Shown: piece after piece, positions 9,790-18,162 of the stretch
How the letters are laid out: each line of letters begins with the position of its first letter
Position numbering within the stretch: position 1 is the first letter of the stretch
Assembly (NCBI GenBank): GCA_046542845.1
Contig: JBKHAN010000002.1
Coordinates: 15,396 to 79,395, forward strand
Origin: Spirochaetaceae bacterium
Lineage (GTDB): Bacteria; Spirochaetota; Spirochaetia; DSM-27196; SKKC01
Direction: 5' to 3'
DNA length: 64,000 bases
Notes under the pieces: generated by a model
What the model was told of the DNA's origin: nothing
Seen by the model: the letters and a program-made list of their open reading frames with translations, nothing else
The model's database searches: none
Translations under genes and position numbers: made by a program

Positions 9790-11190
9790 ATGAAGCCGTT
9801 CGGTGTCTGGATAGTACCGCTGTGCGCTTTCCTTACGAGTAGCTGTGCCGTCGTCGACTTTACTCAGCTTCACGTCGAGATCGACCCGGGAGAACGGTAC
9901 AGCGTTGTATCGCCGGACTCCGGTGTGTCACTGCGCTTCTCTCACGGCGTTGACCGCGACCAGGCCGAAGACCTCGTCCGCGTGGTCGCACGGAGCCGCA
10001 CCGTCGCGCACGCGATGACCTGGGAAGGAAGAACGCTTACGATTACACCCGTCGAGCCACCCGAGGCGGGGACGGTACACGAGCTTCAGATACAGGGAAT
10101 CGTTCGCGATACACGCGGACGAGCGCACACCGTCGCGGTTCTTCATCACCTGTTCTACGGTTCCGATGCACCGACGGCGCATCTTGTATCGAGCAACCCG
10201 GCCGACGGAGTTCTCGCCGGGAACGCTGGTCAGATAGGTCTCCAGTTCAGTATGGCCATGAACGGACCGAGCGTCGAAGAAGCGGTCCGTATAGTCCCCG
10301 CGGTGGACGTACGGTTTGACTGGAACGAAGCAGGCGACACCCTGAGTATTGTACCTCGCAACGCCTGGAACAGCGCACAGACCTACGACGTACTGATAGA
10401 ACCCACCGCGCGCAGTCGAGCCGGAACCGGACTCGCAGGGTCGATACGCCGTTATTTCCGCTACGATGTCTCAGCGGTCCCGCTCGAAGTGAGGGGCCAT
10501 CGCTTCGAAATGGCTGCCGGCGAGCCCGGACAGACCGTTCCGGTACCGGAGGGTCGTGACCCGGTCATTCTGACCTTTTCTGCTCCCGTGGGCCACATGG
10601 ATGTACAGCAAGCCGTCCGCGTTCGCCCCGCTTTGTCCCTGGAGACACGACAGCACTCTGCCGCCGAAGTGAGCCTGCATCCGCGCGATACCTACGAACC
10701 GGATACCGACTACCACATACTCATTCCTCCGGGGCTTGAGGACAACCGGGGAAACATACTGCGAGAAGCCTACTCGCTCTCGTTTCACACTCCCGATCGC
10801 AGAGCCGCTCTGGAGTCGGTTCGATTGATCTGGCCTGACGGTGACGTGCAGATTACAGATTTTGATGGTACCGGTGTTCACGCCGTCGCGCCGACCGGCC
10901 CTGACTACCTGCTTCATGCGGTCATGGCCTTCGATCGCGTTGTCGAAATCGGAACGCCCCGGCAGAACATGCTCGACACTCTCGGTGTGGAGCGGGTCGT
11001 CCCCGAGGGCGGGACTCCGATCGTGCTCGATCAGTTTGTCTGGACATCGGACGGTCGTGAACTGACCACGGTGTGGTCCGGGGTCACTCCGTCTGGTTTC
11101 ACCGACGCGCATGCCTTGTACCGACTGTCGCTACCCGATTCCCGGGAACGACAGGCCGTCGAGCTGACCCTTTCGCACGAGGCGCGCTGA
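9790..11190 (+). CDS. Lipoprotein with about three SbsA/Big_5-like Ig-fold domains
   Basis: Track ORF 9760 trimmed to ATG 9790, with GGAGGA upstream and only 1 nt after the MFP stop. Lipobox LTSSC. Recurrent Big_5-like pattern: SPDSGVSLRFSHGVDRDQAEDLVRVV..., NPADGVLAGNAGQIGLQFSMAMNGPSVEEAVRIVPA..., DPVILTFSAPVGHMDVQQAVRVRPA...DNRGNIL. Confidence 0.75.
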   Translation: MKPFGVWIVPLCAFLTSSCAVVDFTQLHVEIDPGERYSVVSPDSGVSLRFSHGVDRDQAEDLVRVVARSRTVAHAMTWEGRTLTITPVEPPEAGTVHELQIQGIVRDTRGRAHTVAVLHHLFYGSDAPTAHLVSSNPADGVLAGNAGQIGLQFSMAMNGPSVEEAVRIVPAVDVRFDWNEAGDTLSIVPRNAWNSAQTYDVLIEPTARSRAGTGLAGSIRRYFRYDVSAVPLEVRGHRFEMAAGEPGQTVPVPEGRDPVILTFSAPVGHMDVQQAVRVRPALSLETRQHSAAEVSLHPRDTYEPDTDYHILIPPGLEDNRGNILREAYSLSFHTPDRRAALESVRLIWPDGDVQITDFDGTGVHAVAPTGPDYLLHAVMAFDRVVEIGTPRQNMLDTLGVERVVPEGGTPIVLDQFVWTSDGRELTTVWSGVTPSGFTDAHALYRLSLPDSRERQAVELTLSHEAR

Positions 11191-12635
11191 TGAAGGTACC
11201 GAAGCGTCTGCTGTGGAACTTCGTGAGCGCCATGCTGCTCCAGGCGGTGTTCGGATGCAGGCTTTTTCCCATGGCCCCGCTCGAGGTTGTGCGCGTATGG
11301 CTCGACAGCCCACAGCGGATATCGGTCGAGTTTTCCGCGCCTCCCGACCCGGCACGTTTTGAAGCTGCGGTGCTCCTTCAAAAGAACGATCGGACTGTGC
11401 ACGGGCGCGTTTCTGTGGAAGGCGTCGCTGCACACTTTTACCCGGATGAGCCGGTCGACAGACGCCACCCGTACCGGTTCACCGTTTCGACTGTCGCCGA
11501 GGATATGCACGGAAACACGCTGCGACGACCCCTGGCGCACGAGTTCGGTCCACAGCCGGACGACTCGCCTCTTCGCGTCGCGGCAGCAGCGACGCGCCCG
11601 CACACCGTCACCCTTTCATTTTCTGAAGCCGTCGCGCCGGACGCGTTGTACGGACATCTGCAAATTGCACCCGACCGCCGGTACAGAATCGAGTTTGCAG
11701 ACAGAGGGCGAACGGCTCACGTTGTGTTTCTTTCACCGGATGCTCCGGAAAACGAACACAGCCTGCGTGTGATGCAGGGATTAACCGGTGCCCGGGGTGG
11801 TGTACTTCCGGCAGCATTCGAGTACCGCTCCCCTGAAATCGACGTCACCGAGTCGACACAGGAGGTCACGCTGCACTTCCATGAACCGGGCTTTGACACT
11901 ACATCGATCACCCCGGTAGCCGGGTATACGGAACCCGACCTCTTACCGACATACGAGCACTACGGAAGGTCTACGACCGTAGAAATCGAGTTCGCCGAAG
12001 CGGTACGCGCCGCAGACGTCGAGCAGGCGATACGGATATCTCCCGAGGTACCGGTGACCATTACCACGGGTGCGGGTACGCACGTGCACGAGGCTCGTGT
12101 GGACCTCGGGGGGCCACTCGACGCGGGAACCCTGTACCGGATCGAAATCGGGACGAGGGTGCGTGACCGCGAGGGCAGGTTCTTGCCGCACGTGCTGTTC
12201 GCCGGCATAAAGCCGCTTGAGCATGAGTTTCAGCCGCTTCAGGTGGAGGAGATTCGATTCGACGGCGAGGTGCTCGTCGACGGGGGAACGCTCGACCTCG
12301 GAGGGTTCGTTCCGCACACCGACATACAGTTCGCCGAGATCGAGATTGCGCTGGCCCATGGCGCAGGGGCGACGGTCAGTTCCGTCGATGTAGCTCGCGC
12401 CTTCCGCATATATGCCTGGGCCAACTCCGCGCGCTTCAGGCTCATTTCGCTTACCCGAACGACCGAGTCACAGACTGAAACCCGCTTTCGGCTCCGGCTC
12501 GAGGTCACAGATGAAGCAGGACGCTTCGGCATCGTCTCGGTTTATCTGCTTCAGGAGCTTACCGATTCTCTCGGAAACGAGCTGGAGCAGGACTGGCGCG
12601 TGGATCTGAACCAGATCGGAGGGCCGAAACCGTGA
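11190..12635 (+). CDS. Second lipoprotein with about three SbsA/Big_5-like Ig-fold domains
   Basis: Track ORF 11073 trimmed to ATG 11190, which shares one base with the upstream TGA (TGATG). Lipobox AVFGC. Big_5-like pattern: QRISVEFSAPPDPARFEAAVLL...EDMHGNTL, HTVTLSFSEAVAPDALYGHLQIAP, TTVEIEFAEAVRAADVEQAIRISP...RDREGRFL. Confidence 0.75.
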   Translation: MKVPKRLLWNFVSAMLLQAVFGCRLFPMAPLEVVRVWLDSPQRISVEFSAPPDPARFEAAVLLQKNDRTVHGRVSVEGVAAHFYPDEPVDRRHPYRFTVSTVAEDMHGNTLRRPLAHEFGPQPDDSPLRVAAAATRPHTVTLSFSEAVAPDALYGHLQIAPDRRYRIEFADRGRTAHVVFLSPDAPENEHSLRVMQGLTGARGGVLPAAFEYRSPEIDVTESTQEVTLHFHEPGFDTTSITPVAGYTEPDLLPTYEHYGRSTTVEIEFAEAVRAADVEQAIRISPEVPVTITTGAGTHVHEARVDLGGPLDAGTLYRIEIGTRVRDREGRFLPHVLFAGIKPLEHEFQPLQVEEIRFDGEVLVDGGTLDLGGFVPHTDIQFAEIEIALAHGAGATVSSVDVARAFRIYAWANSARFRLISLTRTTESQTETRFRLRLEVTDEAGRFGIVSVYLLQELTDSLGNELEQDWRVDLNQIGGPKP

Positions 12636-15556
12636 GGCGAATCATCGACTGGGCGCAGACGCACCCGGTGGCAGTATTGACCACGATGGTGATCGTTGTC
12701 CTCATCGCAATCGTGAACGCCGGCAGCATGCCGGTGACCTTCATGCCGGAGGTCGAGCGGCCGGTTTTCATTGTCCGCACCGAACTCCCCGGATTGCCGT
12801 CAGCTGAGGTGGTGGACCTTTTGACCCGCCCCGTCGAACGAGCGCTCTCGGGCATCGGCGGTGTCGCTGCGATCAGAAGTACAACCCGTGCGGGTGTTTC
12901 GGCGGTTGAAGTTCGGTTTCACGCAGGGGTGTCCCGCGAGCACGCACGAGCCGAAGTACGGCAGGTGGCCGACCGGGTCTACCCCGGTCTGCCGGATGCG
13001 GCGGATCGTCCCTCGGTCCTGTCGGTTCCCGTGTTTCGCGAACCGGCTGCGATTATCGCGGTGCTTCCCGGAAGGACTCGCCTCGGCGAGCTCCAGCGGC
13101 TCGCCGACCGGCAGCTCCGCTCACAGCTTCAGCAGCTCCCGGGGACCGGCACGATTACCGTAACAGGCGGCGAGCGCGCGGAAGTGCACGTACGCGTCGA
13201 TCCTCACCGCATAGCCGCGAAGGGTGTCGCCTTCGGGCATGTTTCCGGCGCGATCGAGACGTCGGTGTTTGAACACGCGGTCGGGACGATACAGATCGGT
13301 GAGCGCGAACTGAGCGTCGTGACGGACGCGGCTGTCGCGACGGTGGATGCGCTCGGCGGTTTACCCGTCGCCGGAGAACCGGGAGATCATCCTGTTCTTC
13401 TCCGTGATGTGGCGGTGATCGAAGCCGGTGTTTCCGAACAACAGTCGATGTTCAGCTACCAGGGAGAGGAAGCTGTCGGAATATCGATCTACGCGCGTCC
13501 GGGACACAGCCCTCCTGAGGTGGCACGACGCGTCGTTGCGTTCGTAAGTGCGTACAACGCCGGAAACACCGGCGATGTACGGCTGGTCATTGCTGCCGAC
13601 GGCGCGGAGCCCCTGAGAAACGCCGTGCAGGATATTGTCATATCGGGATTACTCGGAAGCGTATGCGCATTCTGCGTCATTATCATGTTTTCGCGCAGTC
13701 CGGTACTTGCGCTACCTGTGGTCTGCTCCATACCCGCGTCTCTTGCGCTTACGCTGTTGCTGCTGCAGCAGTCCGGGCTGGGCGTCAACCTGATGAGTCT
13801 CAGCGGGTTGCTCGTTGCCATCGGAATGATCGTTGACAACAGCATAGTCGTCGCGGAGAATCTCGCGCTCAAACCGGACAGGCCCGGTGAGGCAGTCCAT
13901 GAAGTTGCCGCCGCCGGTGTCTCGGGAACAGCAACAACAATCGTGGTGTTTATCCCACTCGCCGGCCTGCCCGGTCTGCTTGGAAGCATCTACCGCGATC
14001 TGGTGATCACAGTGGCTCTCGCACTGGTGTCAAGCTACATCGTGTCGCTGTTACTCGTTCCCACACTCAGGGCTCTCTTCCCTGCAGCCGCTCCTCCCGG
14101 AACGCGCGAAGACGCCTGGACATCGCGCTTCGCCGGCTCCCTCGTAAGCAGGCGCGGCACGACCGGGTTCGCATCGCTCGCGATGCTGGGGATTGCGATC
14201 GGGGGCAGCTTCCTGGTGTCATGCTCGCCGACAGAAGCGCTCGACTCGGGTACAATCTCCGTCCGAACGCGAACCGATGCGAACAGCCCCTTTGCATCTG
14301 TGCGCGCACAGGCTCTCGCGCTTGAAGCCCTCATTGCCGCTCACGAGTCGGTACGGGATGTACATTCGCTGATCGGCGGAGAGCCCGACGATCCGGTGTT
14401 CCTCAGCACTATAGATCTTGAACCGCGTGAGATCCGATCGACGGTACGCGTGCGCGAGGGCTCATCGGTCTTCGATGTGGTGTCCGACCTGGGTCGCGTC
14501 TTCGCGCGCGCCGGAATAGACGCGTCGATAACGGTCGCCCGGTCACCGCTCGCCCGCATCGTTCACGGCGAACTGAGCAGAGGGGAAGCAGTCGGCGGGG
14601 CAACCGTAGCCGAGGCAACTGAAGCCGCCCACACCATCCTCGCGCAGTACAATCCGGACATGCCCGGGCGCGCCCGCGCAGCGGCAATCGTACCATCGGC
14701 CTCCAGCACCAGCGTATACGTTCGCCCTCGTATGCCCACGCTTCAGCGTTACGGGATGAACGCAGCCGATGTCACGCGGCTTCTGTACGCGCAGACCACC
14801 GGGATCGTCACGGGAAGCATACATACCGCAGGTGTTCGAAACGATGTCCGGGTGTTCTTTGGTTCCGACGCCGAACGAAGCGCCGCTGAGGACCTTGTAC
14901 TCGTGAGCGGGACGGGGGACCTTACCTCGCTGTCGCAGATCGCTGATCTCGAGCGCGTCGATGCGCTATTGACCAGGATACGGGTAAACCAGACAGACAC
15001 GGTATACCTCAGTGCGGGCTTCGGACCTGAGGTTCCAGCGCCGTCGCTTTCGCGTTCTGATCTGTACCGGTTGTATCTGGTCTTCGCGGGTGCGGCTGCT
15101 ATCCTCTTTCTCGTGCTCGTGTTCCATTTCAACCAGATTACTCACGCACTCGCCATAATGTGCATAATCCCTGTCTCCTGGGCAGGAGCCCTGTGCGCAC
15201 TTACGGTCACGGGTCGGGTTCTGACGCTCGAGTCGGGGGTCGGTCTTCTTATACTGACCGGGTTGACCGTCAATCCCGGAATCATCCTTATCGAGACCTA
15301 TGAAGCCTTGCGTCGGAGGGGGCACATACTGCGGGATGCGATTCATGACGGCACGGCGCGCAGGCTGCGTCCCGTTCTCATGACGGGCATAACAACCGTC
15401 GCAGCGCTGGTCCCGCTTGCGATCGATCCCGGGCTCCAATCGATGCAGAGCAATACAGCCATTGTCGTTATAGGAGGGATCAGCGCCGGTACCATCGCAA
15501 CGCTGACCGTCATTCCGCGCCTCTACCTCCGTTCGTGCGGGAACGGCCTCTCGTGA
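12632..15556 (+). CDS. RND efflux permease (AcrB/AcrD/AcrF family), 974 aa
   Basis: GTG 12632 overlaps the upstream stop (GTGA), with GGAGGG at 12619-12624. Canonical RND landmarks are present. The N-terminus reads MRRIIDWAQTHPVAVLTTMVIVVLIAIV...PEVERPVFIVRTELPG, TM4 reads AIGMIVDNSIVVAEN, TM10 reads GLLILTGLTVNPGIILIE, and RRLRPVLMT is also found. Confidence 0.92.
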   Translation: MRRIIDWAQTHPVAVLTTMVIVVLIAIVNAGSMPVTFMPEVERPVFIVRTELPGLPSAEVVDLLTRPVERALSGIGGVAAIRSTTRAGVSAVEVRFHAGVSREHARAEVRQVADRVYPGLPDAADRPSVLSVPVFREPAAIIAVLPGRTRLGELQRLADRQLRSQLQQLPGTGTITVTGGERAEVHVRVDPHRIAAKGVAFGHVSGAIETSVFEHAVGTIQIGERELSVVTDAAVATVDALGGLPVAGEPGDHPVLLRDVAVIEAGVSEQQSMFSYQGEEAVGISIYARPGHSPPEVARRVVAFVSAYNAGNTGDVRLVIAADGAEPLRNAVQDIVISGLLGSVCAFCVIIMFSRSPVLALPVVCSIPASLALTLLLLQQSGLGVNLMSLSGLLVAIGMIVDNSIVVAENLALKPDRPGEAVHEVAAAGVSGTATTIVVFIPLAGLPGLLGSIYRDLVITVALALVSSYIVSLLLVPTLRALFPAAAPPGTREDAWTSRFAGSLVSRRGTTGFASLAMLGIAIGGSFLVSCSPTEALDSGTISVRTRTDANSPFASVRAQALALEALIAAHESVRDVHSLIGGEPDDPVFLSTIDLEPREIRSTVRVREGSSVFDVVSDLGRVFARAGIDASITVARSPLARIVHGELSRGEAVGGATVAEATEAAHTILAQYNPDMPGRARAAAIVPSASSTSVYVRPRMPTLQRYGMNAADVTRLLYAQTTGIVTGSIHTAGVRNDVRVFFGSDAERSAAEDLVLVSGTGDLTSLSQIADLERVDALLTRIRVNQTDTVYLSAGFGPEVPAPSLSRSDLYRLYLVFAGAAAILFLVLVFHFNQITHALAIMCIIPVSWAGALCALTVTGRVLTLESGVGLLILTGLTVNPGIILIETYEALRRRGHILRDAIHDGTARRLRPVLMTGITTVAALVPLAIDPGLQSMQSNTAIVVIGGISAGTIATLTVIPRLYLRSCGNGLS

Positions 15557-18162
15557 CTCCGTTTCGTGCACGCATCCTGCTGTGTGTTCTGCCGGGCTTC
15601 GCATGGATCATGTCGGCGATATCGCCGCCGACGGTATCGCAGACCTACGATACGCGTATCCGTGTCGTGCTCCTGCGTCGCGATACAAGTGCGGAGATCC
15701 TTGCGACGGAGGTTCTTCCTGCGTTCGACCGGATACTTCGCGAATTGAGCGCGCTTGAGCACAGCAGAAGCACCACCGAAACGGGGAGAATCACGCTTGA
15801 TCTGTACCTGAAGCGGGACGCGGACCCCGCTGCCGTGGCTGCACAGGTGAGGGAAGCTGCCTACCGTATATACGAGGGTATAGGCGGTCGTCTCGAACGC
15901 CCGCAGGTCCACATTGCCGGTGATCGTTCCGAGTACATGTCTGTGTGGTCTCTTTTCACCGACGGTGGAGGCTCTCCGGACAGGCAGTCCGTTGAAGACC
16001 GGCTCGTGTGGCAGATTGAACGGGTACAGGGCGTCGCCCGTGTGGACGTTTTTGGAGGCTCCCGCGAAGAGATATACGTCTCGGTTCCGACTGGTCTCTT
16101 GAGGACATATGCTTTGACGCCGCAGGACGTAAGCGCCGGCCTGCGACTGGGCGAATTGATCGCTTCGGTCGGACGGCTCGACGATGGTCTGAACCGGACG
16201 GCGCTGGTGTACGACAGCAGAGCCCGCACTCTCGCGGAAATCGCCTCAAACACCCTTTCCCAGGTACACAATATGCGTCACGCCGGTCTGCCCGGCGGCA
16301 CGACACGGCTCGTGGCGAGCGTACCGGATCGTATTGTGCGTATGGACGGGCTTGAACATATACACCTGGGCGTTGTTGCCGACGGTACGCGATCGATCAC
16401 CGCTATGTCCCGCGAGCTCACGCAGCTGTTCAACGAGTCGAACCTGTCTCCCGGAGTCACCGCGACACCGGTCTTCGACGGCGGAGCGATCGAACGGTCA
16501 AACATGCGAAGGGACGTTCTGTTCTACACTTCGGCGCTCGCGAGCTTTCTCCTGTGTCTCCTGATCCTCGGGAACACCGTTCTCAGGACGGGGCAGACCG
16601 CACTCTCGATCCTGTGTGCCTTCGCGCTCGTTCAGGCCGTAACTGCCACCCCGCTTGCGTCGTGCACAAGCCCGGATCTTCTGCCGCATACGGCGACCGG
16701 GCTGTTCATCGCCACGGTCACCCTGCACAGCGGTCTCCTTCGGCTTGAGGTGTTTTCTCTCGGGCTGACCCTGGCTCTGTCACTTCTGCTGCAGGATCCC
16801 GCGTGGGCGTGCGTACTTCGGGTGTATCTGCTCGCGCATGGCGCGATGCGCATCACCTGGCCTCTTTCACAGCGTGCCGTGTACGCTCGTCGGGAAGCAT
16901 CAGCGGGAACACGCTGGATCAGCGCTACCCCCCTGCTTTTATTGCTTCTCACCCTACCCGTGCCGGTGTTCCTGATACTGGTCGACAACGCGGAGCTTAT
17001 AGAGGATCTGCACCTCGATATAGATGCCTACGCTTCAGCGGAGGCGGCCGACTCTGAGCTTCAAGCGGCCGCGGCCCACTTCAGGCGTACGCTGTCACCG
17101 ACATTCGTGCAGACGCAGGCACGAAGGGGATCAGGGTCGCTCCGCGCGGGTTTTCACCCGCATACCGACCGGAACGAGGTCATGCAGGCTATACAGGCCT
17201 TCAACAGCCTCGAGCGACGGGGGCGCCTCATTCCCCGCGCCGACGAACTGCCGGGTACCGTACATCGGGTACCGATGTACGCGACGGCTCCAACAGCCGA
17301 AACAGCGCACGCGACCGCGCGTCTCGCTGCGCGCGAGGCAGGCGACGCTGTCCTTCACTTTCGCGAGGATAGCGAGCGTGTCGTGCTGCGACCTCACCGA
17401 ATCGCCGCGCATACGCTCGGAGTAGACCTTGGCCAGGCAACGCTTCTGCTGCAATCGATTATCTCACCGGCGGTGCATCACAAGCGTATCGTTTCAGGGC
17501 GCGAGACAGACGTCCGCGTCGAGATACGCCCACCAACCACCATACCGCCGCCCTCAGGATCAACCGTGCACATCGAATCCCTGCTCGACACGGCATCGGT
17601 TACGTCGCTCACGGGCGATGCTGTACCGTTGTCCTCGGCATTCTACCCGTCCCGTGAGCGAAGACCCGACGTGCTGACCCACGCAGACCGCAACCCGTCG
17701 GCCCACTTCAGTCTCTTCGTGGCCGCGCCGTCGATGCGCGAGGCGGTACAAAGGGCAGAACAGGCAGTGTCCAGGGTCACGCTCCCGCGTGGAGGACGGC
17801 TGCGCTACGACCCCACATCGGCATCCGCTCACGCCACGACATATGTGCATCCTCCAGCCGTGCTTCTGTCGCTGTACGCGTCGGTGGTATTCCTCCTCGC
17901 CGCGTGCGTAGAGGAATCCTGGAGTGAGGGCCTGAAATCAGTCGTGTATACGGGAATTCTTGTCGCAAGCATGTCGATAGCCGTGCCTGTCATAAGTCAG
18001 TGGGACAGCATCGAGATTGCCGGGTATCCGGGTATGGCCCTGCTCAGCGCGGTGACGGTGCTGAGGTTGCGACACATGCATGTGGGCGCCGTAATCGAGG
18101 CTGCGCGTCAGCGTCTTCGCATTTCTTCGCGCTGCCGGGCGATACGCTGCATCTTTCGATAG
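15535..18162 (+). CDS. Degenerate RND-like membrane protein, 875 aa. It has porter-like periplasmic domains but lacks the transmembrane motifs of active pumps.
   Basis: Start is GTG 15535, or alternatively GTG 15553, which would give a GTGA overlap with the RND stop. The porter-domain-like motif IERVQGVARVDVFGGSREEIYVSVPTGLLRTYALTPQDVSAGL is present. There are three hydrophobic clusters (N-terminal, central, C-terminal). I found no VDD/VDN..EN or RLRPxLMT motif. Confidence 0.7.
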   Translation: MRERPLVTPFRARILLCVLPGFAWIMSAISPPTVSQTYDTRIRVVLLRRDTSAEILATEVLPAFDRILRELSALEHSRSTTETGRITLDLYLKRDADPAAVAAQVREAAYRIYEGIGGRLERPQVHIAGDRSEYMSVWSLFTDGGGSPDRQSVEDRLVWQIERVQGVARVDVFGGSREEIYVSVPTGLLRTYALTPQDVSAGLRLGELIASVGRLDDGLNRTALVYDSRARTLAEIASNTLSQVHNMRHAGLPGGTTRLVASVPDRIVRMDGLEHIHLGVVADGTRSITAMSRELTQLFNESNLSPGVTATPVFDGGAIERSNMRRDVLFYTSALASFLLCLLILGNTVLRTGQTALSILCAFALVQAVTATPLASCTSPDLLPHTATGLFIATVTLHSGLLRLEVFSLGLTLALSLLLQDPAWACVLRVYLLAHGAMRITWPLSQRAVYARREASAGTRWISATPLLLLLLTLPVPVFLILVDNAELIEDLHLDIDAYASAEAADSELQAAAAHFRRTLSPTFVQTQARRGSGSLRAGFHPHTDRNEVMQAIQAFNSLERRGRLIPRADELPGTVHRVPMYATAPTAETAHATARLAAREAGDAVLHFREDSERVVLRPHRIAAHTLGVDLGQATLLLQSIISPAVHHKRIVSGRETDVRVEIRPPTTIPPPSGSTVHIESLLDTASVTSLTGDAVPLSSAFYPSRERRPDVLTHADRNPSAHFSLFVAAPSMREAVQRAEQAVSRVTLPRGGRLRYDPTSASAHATTYVHPPAVLLSLYASVVFLLAACVEESWSEGLKSVVYTGILVASMSIAVPVISQWDSIEIAGYPGMALLSAVTVLRLRHMHVGAVIEAARQRLRISSRCRAIRCIFR

